Of a DNA stretch of 64,000 bases, positions 38,648 to 51,820 are shown piece by piece. Each line of letters opens with the position of its first letter. Positions within the stretch are counted from its first letter, which is position 1. The DNA comes from Octopus sinensis (lineage: Eukaryota), in the NCBI RefSeq assembly GCF_006345805.1, contig NC_043018.1:8308001-8372000 (forward strand). Reading direction: 5' to 3'. The position numbers were made by a program, and so were the translations under genes. Under the pieces are notes generated by a model that saw nothing but the letters and a program-made list of their open reading frames with translations, was not told the origin of the DNA and did not search any database.

Positions 38648-38870
38648 AAGGCGGCGAGCTGGCAGAATTGTTAGCACACCGGGCGAAATGCTTGGCGGTA
38701 TTTCGTCTGCCGCTATGTTCTGAGTTCAAATTCCGCCGAGGTCGACTTCGCCTTTCATACTTTCGGGGTCGATAAATTAAGTACCAGTTACGCACTGGGG
38801 TCGATGTAATCGACTTAATCCCTTTGTTTGTCCTCTCTGTGTTAAGCCCCTTGTGGGCAATAAAGAAATA
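38648..38870 (+). mobile_element. SINE family A monomer
   Basis: TSD gaaggtggtagaa. Confidence 0.9.
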
Positions 38871-39059
38871 AGAAGGTGGTAGAACAGAAGAAAATGGGTT
38901 TTCTGTCAATGGACAGCATGAGTGATACGGACAGAGTGAAAGAGATAAGGATGACAGAAAAGTGAAAGGGAAATAAGATTATGACAAGGTAAGGGGTAAG
39001 CAGCACTTGTAGGCATTGCAGTGAAATAACCCTAGACACACACACACACACACACATAC

Positions 39060-39280
39060 ATTTTATTTATTTTTATTTTATTTAATCTAGTTTCAGCTCA
39101 CGAGCTGTGGCCATGCTGGGCCACCGCCATTTGGTGTTGCTACATGATTTTACTTCACGAATGCTTTTTAGCAAATGCCATTTGGTGCATGAGAGAGTTC
39201 GTTGCAGCTGCCCTCATCTGCACCTCCTGCCGTGAAGTTGGTTCATCTGGGACACCTGACAGGAAGAGATCCAGTTTTAT
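39060..39280 (-). mobile_element. CR1/L2-group LINE extreme 3' end
   Basis: KLDLFLSGVPDEP..NSL C-terminus (compare SLDRFLQRIPDKP..NSL at ~57700); tail shared with SINE B. Confidence 0.8.
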
Positions 39281-40065
39281 TTTATACATGTATATGCATA
39301 CAACAAACCTAAGGATACATACACACATGCCCACATACACACAATCCTAAGGAAACATACATATATAAATTAAACCATTTGGTCCTCACTGCTCCCAACA
39401 TTCTAGCAACTTTCCATTCACTTCTTTCACTTCTGGAGACTTCTTGAAGCAATAGTCTTCATGCAGATACCATTCATGATGTCAGCTCTTGTTTATCAGT
39501 AATGTACTGTTTCCCACTGGTTTTGCTAATAAAAACTATCAAGATGTGGACATATTATTTACGTGGACCATAAATAAACATCACCCATGTCGAAGCAGTG
39601 TGAATGTAAAGACACATGGAGAAGACAAACAAGCACACACAGACTGGAGCTTGCTATGCTAAAATATGTTCCTCTATTTAGTTTCAGTTTGAAATGAAAA
39701 ACTGAGTTAACAGTCAGCAAAGACAATAACTTGTGTGACACTGCACTGGTCATTAGTCAGGGGTGAAAGATGTACCAAATGTAGTCTGTGATGGGCTAAT
39801 GCTAGGACCAGTGATGCAGTCAAGCTATTTTCAAGCTGTCTTTCTGCTGGAAGCTCGCGACAATGAGTTGCTTCTTTGCACAAAATGCCAGCAAAAAGTA
39901 CCTCTTATTATTACAGTTTCTAGCACTATGTTGGCCAAGCACTCTTTTTCAAGATTCTGTAGCATAGCCTGCTCAAGCCTTGAAGTAGTCTGCAATGGTG
40001 ATCTGCATGAGGTTGTACGGATCAGTAAAAGGCCTTTTTCTGCAAGACCTGCTTGAAGTGTAAAT

Positions 40066-40372
40066 GTGGAGGCACATGGCCAAGTGGTTAGAGCAGCGGA
40101 CTCACGGTCAAGGGATCGCGGGTTCAAATCTCAGACCGGACGATGTGTGTGTTTATGAGCAAAACACCTAAGCTCCACACGGCTCCGGCAGAAGGTAATG
40201 GCGAGACTTCTGCTGACTCTTTCGCCACAACTTTCTCTCACTCTTTCCTCCTGCATCTTGCAGCTCACCTGGGATGGACCGGCGTCCCGTCCATGTGGGG
40301 AACCTATGCGCTAAGAAACTGGGAAACCGACCCTTATGAGCCAGGCATGGCTCGAGAAGGAACAAACAAACA
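40066..40372 (+). mobile_element. SINE family D
   Basis: A box tggccaagtgg, B box ggttcaaatc, (ACAA)n tail. Confidence 0.85.
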
Positions 40373-41041
40373 AAGTGTGAATGCACAAACAGAAAAAGTA
40401 AAGTGTACTGCCTGGTCTGCATTGGGAGGTATACGGAGATAATGTGTCAGAACAACCAATTAACAGGTTGTCAAGACTCAAAGCAATTGTACTGTGATCC
40501 TAAGACCAACCCCACAAGAGCATTTATGGTCTCTGGCTCAGCAGACTGGTGGAGGGTGTAACCAGCAGCATGTTGTTCAGAGCTGTGTTTTTGGAAGTAA
40601 ACTTCATGAAGAGCAATGATGTTGACCTTCAGCCTTGACAGTTCATATGTAACCAGACTAGAACATCATTCTGGGGGACCCCTTTCTGCTGCATTATACA
40701 TAATTCTGATATTGGGGCTTTAGCGCTTGTACACTTTGTGAAGCAGGGTGTACCTCTTGTTTGTTTGTTGCTGTTGGACCACATTTGAGTTGTGACTAGC
40801 CATCTGAAGAAAACAGAAAAAAGCTTTAGTTGGGCTGCCCTTATATATATGGAGTAAAACAGTATTGACCTTAGAGAAGACTGCTTGAACATTCAAGATG
40901 CCGTCAGATGACATCATTTCAAATTCAACATCAGTTGACCCCTGTACCTGAACTGCCAACATGCAGGATTGAAACTGCAGTTTCCAATGTCATCTCTGAA
41001 CTACCGTTTTCACCAGTTTCCGCATCATTGCAATGCTTAAT

Positions 41042-41226
41042 GGATGGTAGGGGAGGATGGTTGTAGGGGAGGATGGTTGTAGGGGAGGATGGTTGTAGGG
41101 GAGGATGGTTGTAGGGGAGGATGGTTGTAGGGGAGGATGGTTGTAGGGGAGGATGGTTGTAGGGGAGGATGGTTGTAGGGGAGGATGGTTGTAGGGGAGG
41201 ATGGTTGTAGGGGAGGATGGTTGTAG
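41042..41226. repeat. near-perfect 16-bp minisatellite (ggatggttgtagggga)n, ~11.5 copies
   Basis: Direct reading. Confidence 0.95.
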
Positions 41227-41641
41227 ATATGAGAGTGACTTTCAACCTATGCAATGGATATTTTTAAGTGGATGGCAACAAGCGCATACTGGTATCATCC
41301 TTTACACCAAGGTTTCATCAGTCAGGACCTAACATGCTGCGACTGTAACAGCAGGTTATTTGGCCATAGGAATTGCATCATAGATTCTCTTTCCCAGATG
41401 GCTAATCTGATGAAATTAGTGAGCCTCATCTATCCAGGTCCAGAATTAGAGTTGTTCTCCTCTTAGACTTGTTGCCAACCAAGACAACTGAGCCTAACCT
41501 GTCCATCTGATCACATAGCCAGAGACTTGGTCTCTGCAGCAGAATGTAGAAAGTAAAGTAAGAGAAGCAGTTTCTAGCTACATCTCATCTAGCAAGCCAG
41601 ACTGTGGTCCTGCAGAGTTTCCTTCACCAAAAAGGGAGAAT

Positions 41642-42026
41642 AGGCGTAGGAGTGGCTGTGTGGTAAGTAGCTTGTTTACCAACCACGTGGTTCCGGGTTC
41701 AGTCCCACTGCGTGGCACCTTGGGCAAGTGTCTTCTACTATAGCCTTGGGCCAACCAAAGCCTTGTGAGTGGATTTGGTAGACGGAAACTGAAAGAAGCC
41801 CGTCATATATATGTATATATATATATGCGTGTGTGTGTTTGTCCCCCTAGCATTTCTTGACAACCGATGCTGGTGTGTTTATGTCCCCGTTACTTAGCGG
41901 TTTGGCAAAAGAGACCGATAGAATAAGTACTGGGCTTACAAAAGAATAAGTCCCAGGTTCGATTAAAGGCAGTGCTCCAGCATGGCGCAGTCAAATGACT
42001 GAAACAAGTAAAAGAGAGTAAAGAGA
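41642..42026 (+). mobile_element. SINE family B
   Basis: Full unit. Confidence 0.9.
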
Positions 42027-42299
42027 ATGATTTCCACATGAGTGAGTTGGACATTAGATCCAAATACCCATTTTCCCCTGCTAGAATGGGTTCAACAGGG
42101 ACTTAATTTTCAAACGATATTTTAAGGCCAGGTGGTCTACCTCACACACACACACACACACACATTGCTGTGTGGTTAAGAGGGAGCTTCTCAGCCACAT
42201 TTGGCTGGGTTGAGTTCCACTGTGATGTTTTTTTACTATAATACCAGACTTACTAAAGCATTATGAGTTGATTTCATGGATGGAAACTGAAAGAAGCTG

Positions 42300-42531
42300 A
42301 GGCGGCGAGCTGGCAGAAACGTTAGCACGCCAGGTGAAATGCTTAGCAGTATTTCGTCTGCCGTTACATCCTGGGTTCAAATTCCGCCGAGGTTGACTTT
42401 GCCTTTCATCCTTTCAGAGTTTATAAATTAAGTACCAGTTACGCACTGGGGTCGATGTAATTGACTTAACCCCTTTGTCTGTCCTTGTTTGTCCCCTCTA
42501 TGTTTAGCCCCTTGTGGGCGATAAAGAAATA
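42300..42531 (+). mobile_element. SINE family A monomer inserted in an older family B copy
   Basis: TSD ggaaactgaaagaag. Confidence 0.9.
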
Positions 42532-43406
42532 GGAAACTGAAAGAAGTCAGTGGTCCATGTGTGTGTGTGTGTCTATGTTTGTTTACAATTGCATTTTTTC
42601 TGAATATTCTTTAACTTCAAGTGGTGACACTTTCAATTCCCCTCTCAGCAAGCACTTGGTTTTGCACAATTCAAAGAAATGTGGGGAAAAAAGAGATCTT
42701 TTACTCACAAAAACAGGTAAGGGTTACTTACTTGAAGAGCATTCAACTGTAACAGAATTGCTCCAATAATATATTTGTCTAATACATACTAGCACGGAAA
42801 AACAGACATAAAACAAGCTATGGGGAGGCATAGACAGCTCATCACATCTATCTCTTTGTAGATACCACTGATTCATTTTTCAATCTCGCCTAAATGTGAG
42901 TAGCCATTTAGCTGCCCAACAAAAAGAACCCGTTCCCTCTCATCCCCTTCTTTCATATCTTAACTCTCGTCTCCTAGAATAAAGCCCCTCCTCTCAACTT
43001 TTGTAGGTTTTAAGCTGCATGGCAACCTAACTAGTACTGGTGGTACGAGGGAAGCACCCAGTTCACACTGTAAAATGGTTGGCACTAGGAAAGACATCCA
43101 GCCGTAGGAACCTTACCAAAGCAGGTATTGGAGGAGCTCATTGCAGTCCCTAGATGCATCACATTCTGTCAAACCATCCAAACCATTCCAGCAAGGAACA
43201 TGACATTAATTGATGATTGTGTGTATGTATGTATGTATGTGTGTGTGTGTATGTATGTATGTATGTATGTATGTATGTATGTATGTATGTATGTATGTAT
43301 GTATGTATGTATGTATGTATGTATGTATGTATGTATGTGTGTGTGTGCATGTATGTATGTATGTATGTATGTGTGTGTATGTATGTATGTATGTAAGTAT
43401 GTATGT

Positions 43407-43715
43407 CATCATCATCATTTAGTGTCCGCTTTCCATGCTGGCATGGGTTGGACGGTGCAACTGGGGTCTGAGAAGCCAGGAGGCTGCACCAGGCCCAGTC
43501 TGATCTGGCAATGTTTCTGCGGCTGGATGCCCTTCCTAACGTCAACCACTCCATGAGTGTAGTGGGTGCTTTTTACCTGCCACCGGCTCAGGTGCCAGAC
43601 GAGGCTGGCAAATGGCCACGATCGGATGGTGCTTTTTACGTGCCACCGGCATGGAGGGGGGGCGAGGCTGGCAACAGCCACGATCGGATGGTGCTTTTTA
43701 CGTGCCACCGGCATG
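43407..43715 (-). mobile_element. RTE LINE 3' UTR/tail in (TATG)n
   Basis: Shared tail. Confidence 0.85.
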
Positions 43716-45083
43716 TATGAATGTATGTATGTATATGTATGTGTGTATGTATGTATGTGTGTATGTATGGGGTTCGTATATAAATATGCAATCTATAACA
43801 GGTAACTAAAAGATGTTGACATAGACAAAGCTACCAGACGATAAAAGAACCACTTCAAAGCGCCTGCCCATTCCATTCCAGCTGATAAAAGCAAATGTAA
43901 AAATATCATATACACATATATACCCATCCACTCAGACAATGATGGGTGTATATTATGCCTGTGTTACATTAGACACACACACCCATCAAGATGACATATT
44001 TTCATTATAACAATTCTCTTCTGGTTCTCATTAATCTCTTAATTCGTTTACAAATTTGTTACACGCTCAGACTGAAGTCAGTCGTATTATGCATAGAATT
44101 AGTGTTAAAGTTCACATCAATGTACGTTCACACTCTTAAGTAGATATGCCTGGTAACATATAAATATATGTAGAGAGAGAGAGAGAGAGGAGGAAAGTGT
44201 GGGAGAGATTGTAAAGTGTAAGAGGGAAAGAGAAGGAAAAGGTGTATGAGAAAACAATAGAGAGAGAAAGAAGAGAGGGTGGAAAGAAAAAGATGGGACG
44301 GAAATAGAGAGGGAAACGGTGCTAGAGGAAGGGAAAGTGTGTGGGAGGGAGAGAGAGAGAGCGTCGGATAGAATGTCTGGCGGTATATGCACAGTTTTGG
44401 TAGAAAACTTTTGGCGACACTGGTGCCAACCTGCCTCAGTTTGTAAGCCATGTCTTTTTCTTGGACCTTGGACATCATCGTTAGAGGCGGGTCACTTGCA
44501 AGCATTGGTAAACTGCTACTCTTCCACAAAAATAAGAGCCTAGCCAAAGCTTGCGTCAACAAGGAGAAGCTTTCCAAGTACAGATCCTGGAAGCCGCGGT
44601 CGTAAGAGCGTGTATATACATATATATATATATACATACGCACTTTCCACAAGAGATAGTAAGCTAAGTTTACTATAATATAAGCAAGTTACAGTGAGAC
44701 AGTCTTCAATTTACATCAATATACACTTGACACCAAAAAGGCATACAGTATTGCTTGTTACTCGAAGGAAAGGACCCGCCCGAAAAACGCCTGAGACCCA
44801 CAGAACACGATCTAATCTTATTCTATGAATTGCATTAAATCATTGTCAGATTGGCATCACAGAAGTCACCATGCATGCACATACACACACAGACAAACAT
44901 ACATGCACACACATAAATATATACATACATATACAAATACGACATACATTCATACAAATACATATATATATACACACACGTTCCAACATATATATATATA
45001 CACGTATGTATTTAATTGTGAGTATTCATGGGCATATATACGATATTATTTATATGTGTTGCATGTGCATATATGTATGTATA

Positions 45084-45171
<88 letters not shown>

Positions 45172-45618
45172 TGCAACACATATAAATAGGATCGTATATA
45201 TGCTCATGAATACTCACAATTATATCCATACGTGTATATATATGTTGGAATTATCGAATACACGTGTGCTTACAAACGTATGCTTAACACACACACACAC
45301 ACACACACACACACTTATGACTGGTACTCCATTCGTTGCGACGACGAGGGTTCCATTTGATCCGATCAAACGGAACAGCCTGCTCGCGAAATCAACGTGC
45401 AAGTGGCTGAACACTCCACAGACACAAGCATCCTTAATGTAGTTCTTAGGGGAGATTCAGTGTGACAGAGAATGCGAAAATACAAGTACAACTCTATTTT
45501 TTTTCTAGCTGAGTGGACGTGAAGTGTCTTGCTCAAGGAAACCGAAGTCACGATCTTACGGATGTGAGCAGAGTGCCCTAACCGCTAAGCCACACCCACG
45601 CGCATGCATGCATGCATA

Positions 45619-45679
<61 letters not shown>

Positions 45680-45894
45680 ATAGATAGATAGATGGATGGA
45701 TAGATGGACATGTTATTGCCATTAATTCTTCAATTCTACCATCACTAGAACTATTATTACCGTAGGATAATAAGAAAATGGTGCACAATGAGATAAGAAA
45801 ATAGAATAATTAAAATAAAACAAACCAATTTGTTATAATAGGAAACCGTTGAATCGTCAAACTGGGGAAAAACTACACACACAAAGAAAGAAAG

Positions 45895-46412
<518 letters not shown>

Positions 46413-47917
46413 CTGTGGATATAGAAACATGTAACGGTTTCGTGTAGGATTCTATAGAGATAGGTAGACAGGCAGACGGACAGATAGGTGATACATACAA
46501 AACATACACAGACAACTATAAACATCTGCATGTCTCATTTACGGTTGACTAGCCGTTCTCTTTCGGTATATGTATATATATAGCATCGACACAAATAGAT
46601 GTATACAGACCTATATATATATATGTGTGTCTGTGTGTATATATATATATAAATACAAAGTAGTTATTTAATATGCACTGGTTGGTATTTTATTACACAC
46701 ACACACAAACACTTTGCATCAGTTTGCAGGGGGGGGGGGTTTCGCATATATATATATATACGTTTATAAATTATGCACGCTAAACATGCATGAATATATA
46801 CACATACATACATACATACATAAACAGTTAACAGCAAATACAATTACGAACACTGTGCATTCTTTGCCATCATCAACACACAGCAGATATCTATATATAC
46901 ACACACACACATATATATATATACACACATAGCTCTCTGTGCAGATATAAAGAATGAGAGAGATTTGGGACAAAGACAAAGATTTGCATAAACATACATT
47001 TATAAATAAACACAGAAACTACACACACACATTATTATATATGAGTTTGCTCCGATGGAAATTAGCGTATATATATATATATACACACACATATATATAC
47101 ATATATACATATAGTGAGAGAGAGATTGAGATAGGTCTATATATATCTTTCTATTTGCGTTTGTTTCTCTTTCTTTCTCTGTATATATATATAGACCTAT
47201 CTCAATCTCTCTCTCTCACTATATATATATATGCATACATACTTTATACATGTATATAGATATATATATATATAATAATATGCATGTATGTATTAAGCAT
47301 TTGTGTTTACCGATATATGTAAGACTTTGCTCCGATGGAAATTAGTATGTATATATATATAGACCTATCTCAATTTCTCTTTCTTTCTCTTACTATATAT
47401 ACATATATATATACACACTAATTTCTATCGGAGCAAGCTCATACATATATCGGTAAACACAAATGCTTGATACATACATGCATATTACTGCATATATATA
47501 TATATATATATATATAGGTGTATAAAGTATGCATGCATGTATGTATAATTTGCTTTGTGTGTCTGTGTGTGTAGAAGCAAATACAAACACACACACGTGT
47601 TCTAGGTGATGGGTAAGATGTTAGCCGTTTACCTTATCATGTGCAGTTGGTTTGGTAGAGGTAAGACTCAGATGTGTGATGTTGATAAAGCTGTGATGAT
47701 GGAAAAAAAATGTATAAAACGGGGGGGGACCAGGCGACAGTTAATAATATAATGTCAAGAGATAAAGAACCACCACATTGGTGTGACATCCATGGCAGCA
47801 GCAGCAGCAGCGGCAGCAGCGGTAGCGGCAGCAGCAGCAGAGGCAGCGAGTAAAATTGAACTGATTAAATGCAACGCACATTGACCAGCTGCAGTGACCT
47901 CCCTTGGTGCCACTATA

Positions 47918-49590
47918 CGCACACACACACAGACACGCACACACACAGACAGACACACACACACGTTCTTTTTCTCTGTCTCTCTTTCTCTGTCTCTCTG
48001 TATCTTTCTCTTCTCTTTTCTCTGTCTCTGTCTCTCTTATACTTATACACACGCACACACACACACACGTACACACACGTTCTTTTTCTCTGTATCTTTC
48101 TCTTCTCTTTTCTCTGTCTCTGTCTCTCTTATACTTATACACACGCACACACATTCTTTTTCTCTGTCTCTCTCTTTCTCTTATACTTACACACATACAC
48201 ACACACGCAGGCACGCATACGCACACACATCTTTTTTTTTCCTCTTCCATTTCCTTATCTCTTTTTTGTGTTCTCATTCTCTTTTCCTTCTAATTCCCTC
48301 AGCCTGACTGTCTCTCACTTTCTTTCTTTTCTTCTTTCTCTCTCTCTCTCTCTCTCTGTCTCTCTCGCCCCCGCACATACACACACGCACACACTCTTCT
48401 TGTCTGTTTCCATTTCCTTATCTCTTTTACGTTCTCTTCCTTTCGTTTATTCCTCCCCCTCCCTCTCTCTCTCTATCTGTCTGTATTTGTCTGTATCTTT
48501 CTCTCGCTCTTCCTCTCTCACCTGGAATTAGCTCAGCTCTGTACTGTCTCTGCTCAGCTGACCATCATCTTGACTACGGCTCAGCTTCACCCGCCCCCCG
48601 CCCCCACTCTCTTTCCCTTCCGCTCAACCCATCACACTCACCACAGCCCAATACCAGTCCACCCCCCCCCCGCCCCATCACAACTACTCAGCCTCTTCTC
48701 AGCTCAGTGTCAGCCTCATCAATCCACCCAGTTTTTGCTCGGCTCATCCTCTGTCCCACATCACAACTACAGTTCAACTTCCATCTCTCTCTCCATCCCC
48801 TCTCTCTCTCTCCCTCCCTCTCCATCCCCCCTTTCTCCATCTCCCCTCTCTCTCCACCCCCCTCTCTTCAAGCTATACTATACTTCTACTCTGTCTATCT
48901 GTCTCTCTTTGTCTCTGCCTTCTTGTTTGTCTCTCTCCCTCTGTCTATCTGTCTTTTTGTCTTCCTGTCTCTCACTCTCTTCCTCTCCCCCCTCTCTCTC
49001 TCTTTCTGAGCTGTTCTTGTCTTTCCCTCACTTTATCACCTCCATCACATCCACGCCACACCCCAGTTTCTTTTCTCTCTCTTCACCATCACTCAGTTTC
49101 ATCCCGTCTCTGCTTCTTCCCTAAACCCCCTTCCATCTCAGGTTGTCCCATCCCCACCTCAGCTTCATATCTTCGCCACATCAACCCACCCACCCCCTCA
49201 AATCTCACAGACATTATAAAACAGAATGCAGGGCAGACTTCCTCTTTACCGCTTTACACCAATGCAGCTGGACTCAATTCAGAACATGCATCATCATCAT
49301 TGTCATCGTCATTGTCATCGTCATTGTCATCATCATCATCATCACCATCACCATCACCATCACCATCACCATCATCATCATTGCCATCCTCATCACCATC
49401 ATCCTCATCACCATCATCCTTGTCGTCATCCACGTCATCATCGTCATCATCATCATCATCCTCATCATCATTGTCGTTGTTATCATCATCATCCTCATCA
49501 TCATCGTTGTCGTTGTCGTCGTTGTCGTCATCATCATCATCTTCATCCTCCTCCTCATCATCATCGTCATCGTCATCGTCATCATCGTTT
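47918..49590. repeat. compound CA/CT-rich low-complexity tract and (CAT)n microsatellite
   Basis: Direct reading. Confidence 0.9.
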
Positions 49591-50061
49591 TAATGTACAC
49601 TTTCCCTTGCTTGTGTGGGTCAGATGGAATTCATTGAAGCAGATTTTTCTGCAAGTCAAACACCTTTCTTGTCACCAACATTCACTCACCTGTTTCCTAG
49701 CAGGAAAGCTAATATTTCCCAATTACTCGACAGATTCTTCACAGGAGATTGCAAAATGATGGACACTGCATGTATGACTGAGGCACTCGTTTACAACCAC
49801 TGCACAAAGTCGAAACAAAGAGACACTAATACCCTCACACACACACACAATGACTCACCCTAGACACAATAAGATATATATATATATATTGGCACTAGGA
49901 AAGGCATCCAGCCGTAGGAACCTTACGAAAGCAGGCATTGGAGCTCATTGCAGTCCCTAGATGCATCACATTCTGTCAAACCATCCAAACCATTCCAGCA
50001 AGGAACATGACATTAAAGGATGATTGTATGTATGTATGTATGTATGTATGTGTGTGTCCAT

Positions 50062-50613
50062 GTCAAGTCACTTTCGAGTGCTACTGGTATTATGCAACCC
50101 AGTACAACCTGTTGCATGGTCGGATCGTCGGCGACTAAACCGGCAACCCCACCAAGCTTGCTTGGTGGGGAGGGTGATTATTGGACACCCTGCGGGATGA
50201 AAAACAAAACCCGTCAAAGGGCGGAGGAACTCTTGAGAGTCAACAGCCATCCAATAAATGTCTTAAAGCTGTATCATGCGTGGGGACATAGAAATAATTG
50301 GACTGAATACCCAATCGCGCAGTTAAACCATTGGGAGTGAAGGACTCCTAGCCTTTGTTAGGGCATCCTTCTAGAAGAAGGTAACTCAGGTAACTGGGAT
50401 AACTCCGACATAAAACCTGTGGCTCAGTGGTTACCGATGATGTTGACTTGTTCTTCTTTTCCGATTATGGCTGCTGTTGCTTAGTGAGTGGGATTGACTC
50501 AGTGCACAACCTTTCCTCACTTTAAAATAATCTTCTTGTACAGGCATTACACGATAACAACATTGATTAAGCTTTATGTAATGGCCATACTCGATAACGA
50601 GGGGGCAGCCACC
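50062..50613 (+). mobile_element. non-coding element with RTE-like 5' UTR motif and LINE-like tail
   Basis: gggcatccttctagaagaaggtaactc motif; hairpin 50147-50170; ends gcagccacc before (ATGT)n. Confidence 0.5.
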
Positions 50614-51032
50614 ATGTATGTGTGAATGTATATATTGCTGTGTCTAGGGAGAGTCATTAGGCCAAAATTAATAACACACGCACCGGTTTGATTTCACTCT
50701 TAATCACTCGTTTGCTTAACCTGGCAAACCTGGCCTCCATAACAAATTGGGAGAGAAATCTGTGAAAAGGTTGTAAATGGCAACAAAAGGAATTTGACAT
50801 GACTGTCTGTTGACAACTTTTTTCCCTCTTATAAAGGTAAAATGCACAATCTTTCTGCTGTTTTCACAGCTATATTGTGTTCGGAATATTACTTTCTTGT
50901 CTGTATAACACAATACACATTCAACACTTCTAAAAATAAAATAAAAGTTTGTTTGCACATGTTGCTGTTGCATTCAAAAGAAAAGCGCTTAATTTGTATT
51001 TAGCACTTAATTTGACAGAATTGTTGTCAATG

Positions 51033-51103
51033 GGCAGCTTAGCTTAATGGTAGAGTGCTCAGCCGGTATCCGAGGAGTGTGGGTACATGTCCCGTGGCTG
51101 TCT
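51033..51103 (+). tRNA. tRNA-like pseudogene (GGT in anticodon position, Thr-like) within a repeat
   Basis: Cloverleaf: ggcagct/ggctgtc, gctt/gagt, ctcag/ccgag, gtggg/cccgt; T-loop degenerate. Confidence 0.55.
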
Positions 51104-51309
51104 ATTGACAACTTCTTTTTATCTTATAAGGGAAATAATGCTCAATCTTTCTGCTGTTTTCTAGGCTATACTGTATTTGAAATCATATCTTCTTGTCTGT
51201 ACAAAAACACAAAAAATTTACTGTTTAACCAACTGTTGGTTGGATAGATATTTAACTAACTGACTAATAAAAAAGGAATGGAATTGAACTGGTGTGTGTG
51301 TTGTTAATA

Positions 51310-51820
51310 TTGGCATAATGAGTAAGAGGCATCAGATGTGGTGTACCAGAGAGAAGACTGTTCTGGTATGGCCATGCGATGCATATGGAAGAGGACAGCT
51401 GTGTAAAGAAGTGCTGATCCCTAAATGTGGAGGGAACCTGTGGAAGAGGTAGACCCTGGAAGACAGGGAATGAGGTGATGAAATACGATCTTCAGATATT
51501 GAGTCTCACAAAGACAATGACAAATGACCAAGACTTTTGGTCACTTCCTGTGCTGGTGAAGACACATAAAGCTAAGTGAAATCATAGTTGTAGCCAGAAC
51601 CAGTGATGCATAAAGGGCACCTATGCTGGGGACACATGAAAGGGACTTGTGTTATGTGAAAGGCATCTGTGCCAGTAACATGTTAAAGGCACCTGTGCTA
51701 GTGACATATTAAGGGCCCCCATGCCAATTACACATTAAAGGCACTGGGTATACTCGGTGGCATGGTTGGCATTAGGAAGGGCATCTAGCCATAAAGACCA
51801 AGCCAAAACAGACTGGAGCT
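51310..51820 (+). mobile_element. decayed RTE LINE 3' portion
   Basis: RRLFWYGH..GTCGRGRP remnants. Confidence 0.8.

Larger units (their letters stand above)
39560..41640 (-). mobile_element. decayed RTE LINE 5' half (5' UTR + AP endonuclease), interrupted by a SINE and a minisatellite
   Basis: Frameshifted RNCNN..LAFCAKKQLIV..FQQK..DYI remnants; RTE-like 5' UTR motif ggcaacaagtctaagaggagaacaactct at 41448-41476. Confidence 0.65.

Noticed and set aside
40066-40142. Functional tRNA gene
   Set aside because: It continues into a SINE body and tail with related copies; it is a SINE head
47606-47640. miRNA hairpin
   Set aside because: Only ~35 nt, many G-U pairs, and no known mature sequence recognised
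50082-50145. HDV-like ribozyme
   Set aside because: Only 12 nt lie between the putative P1 strands, too few for P2/P3/L3; kept only as a possible pseudoknot
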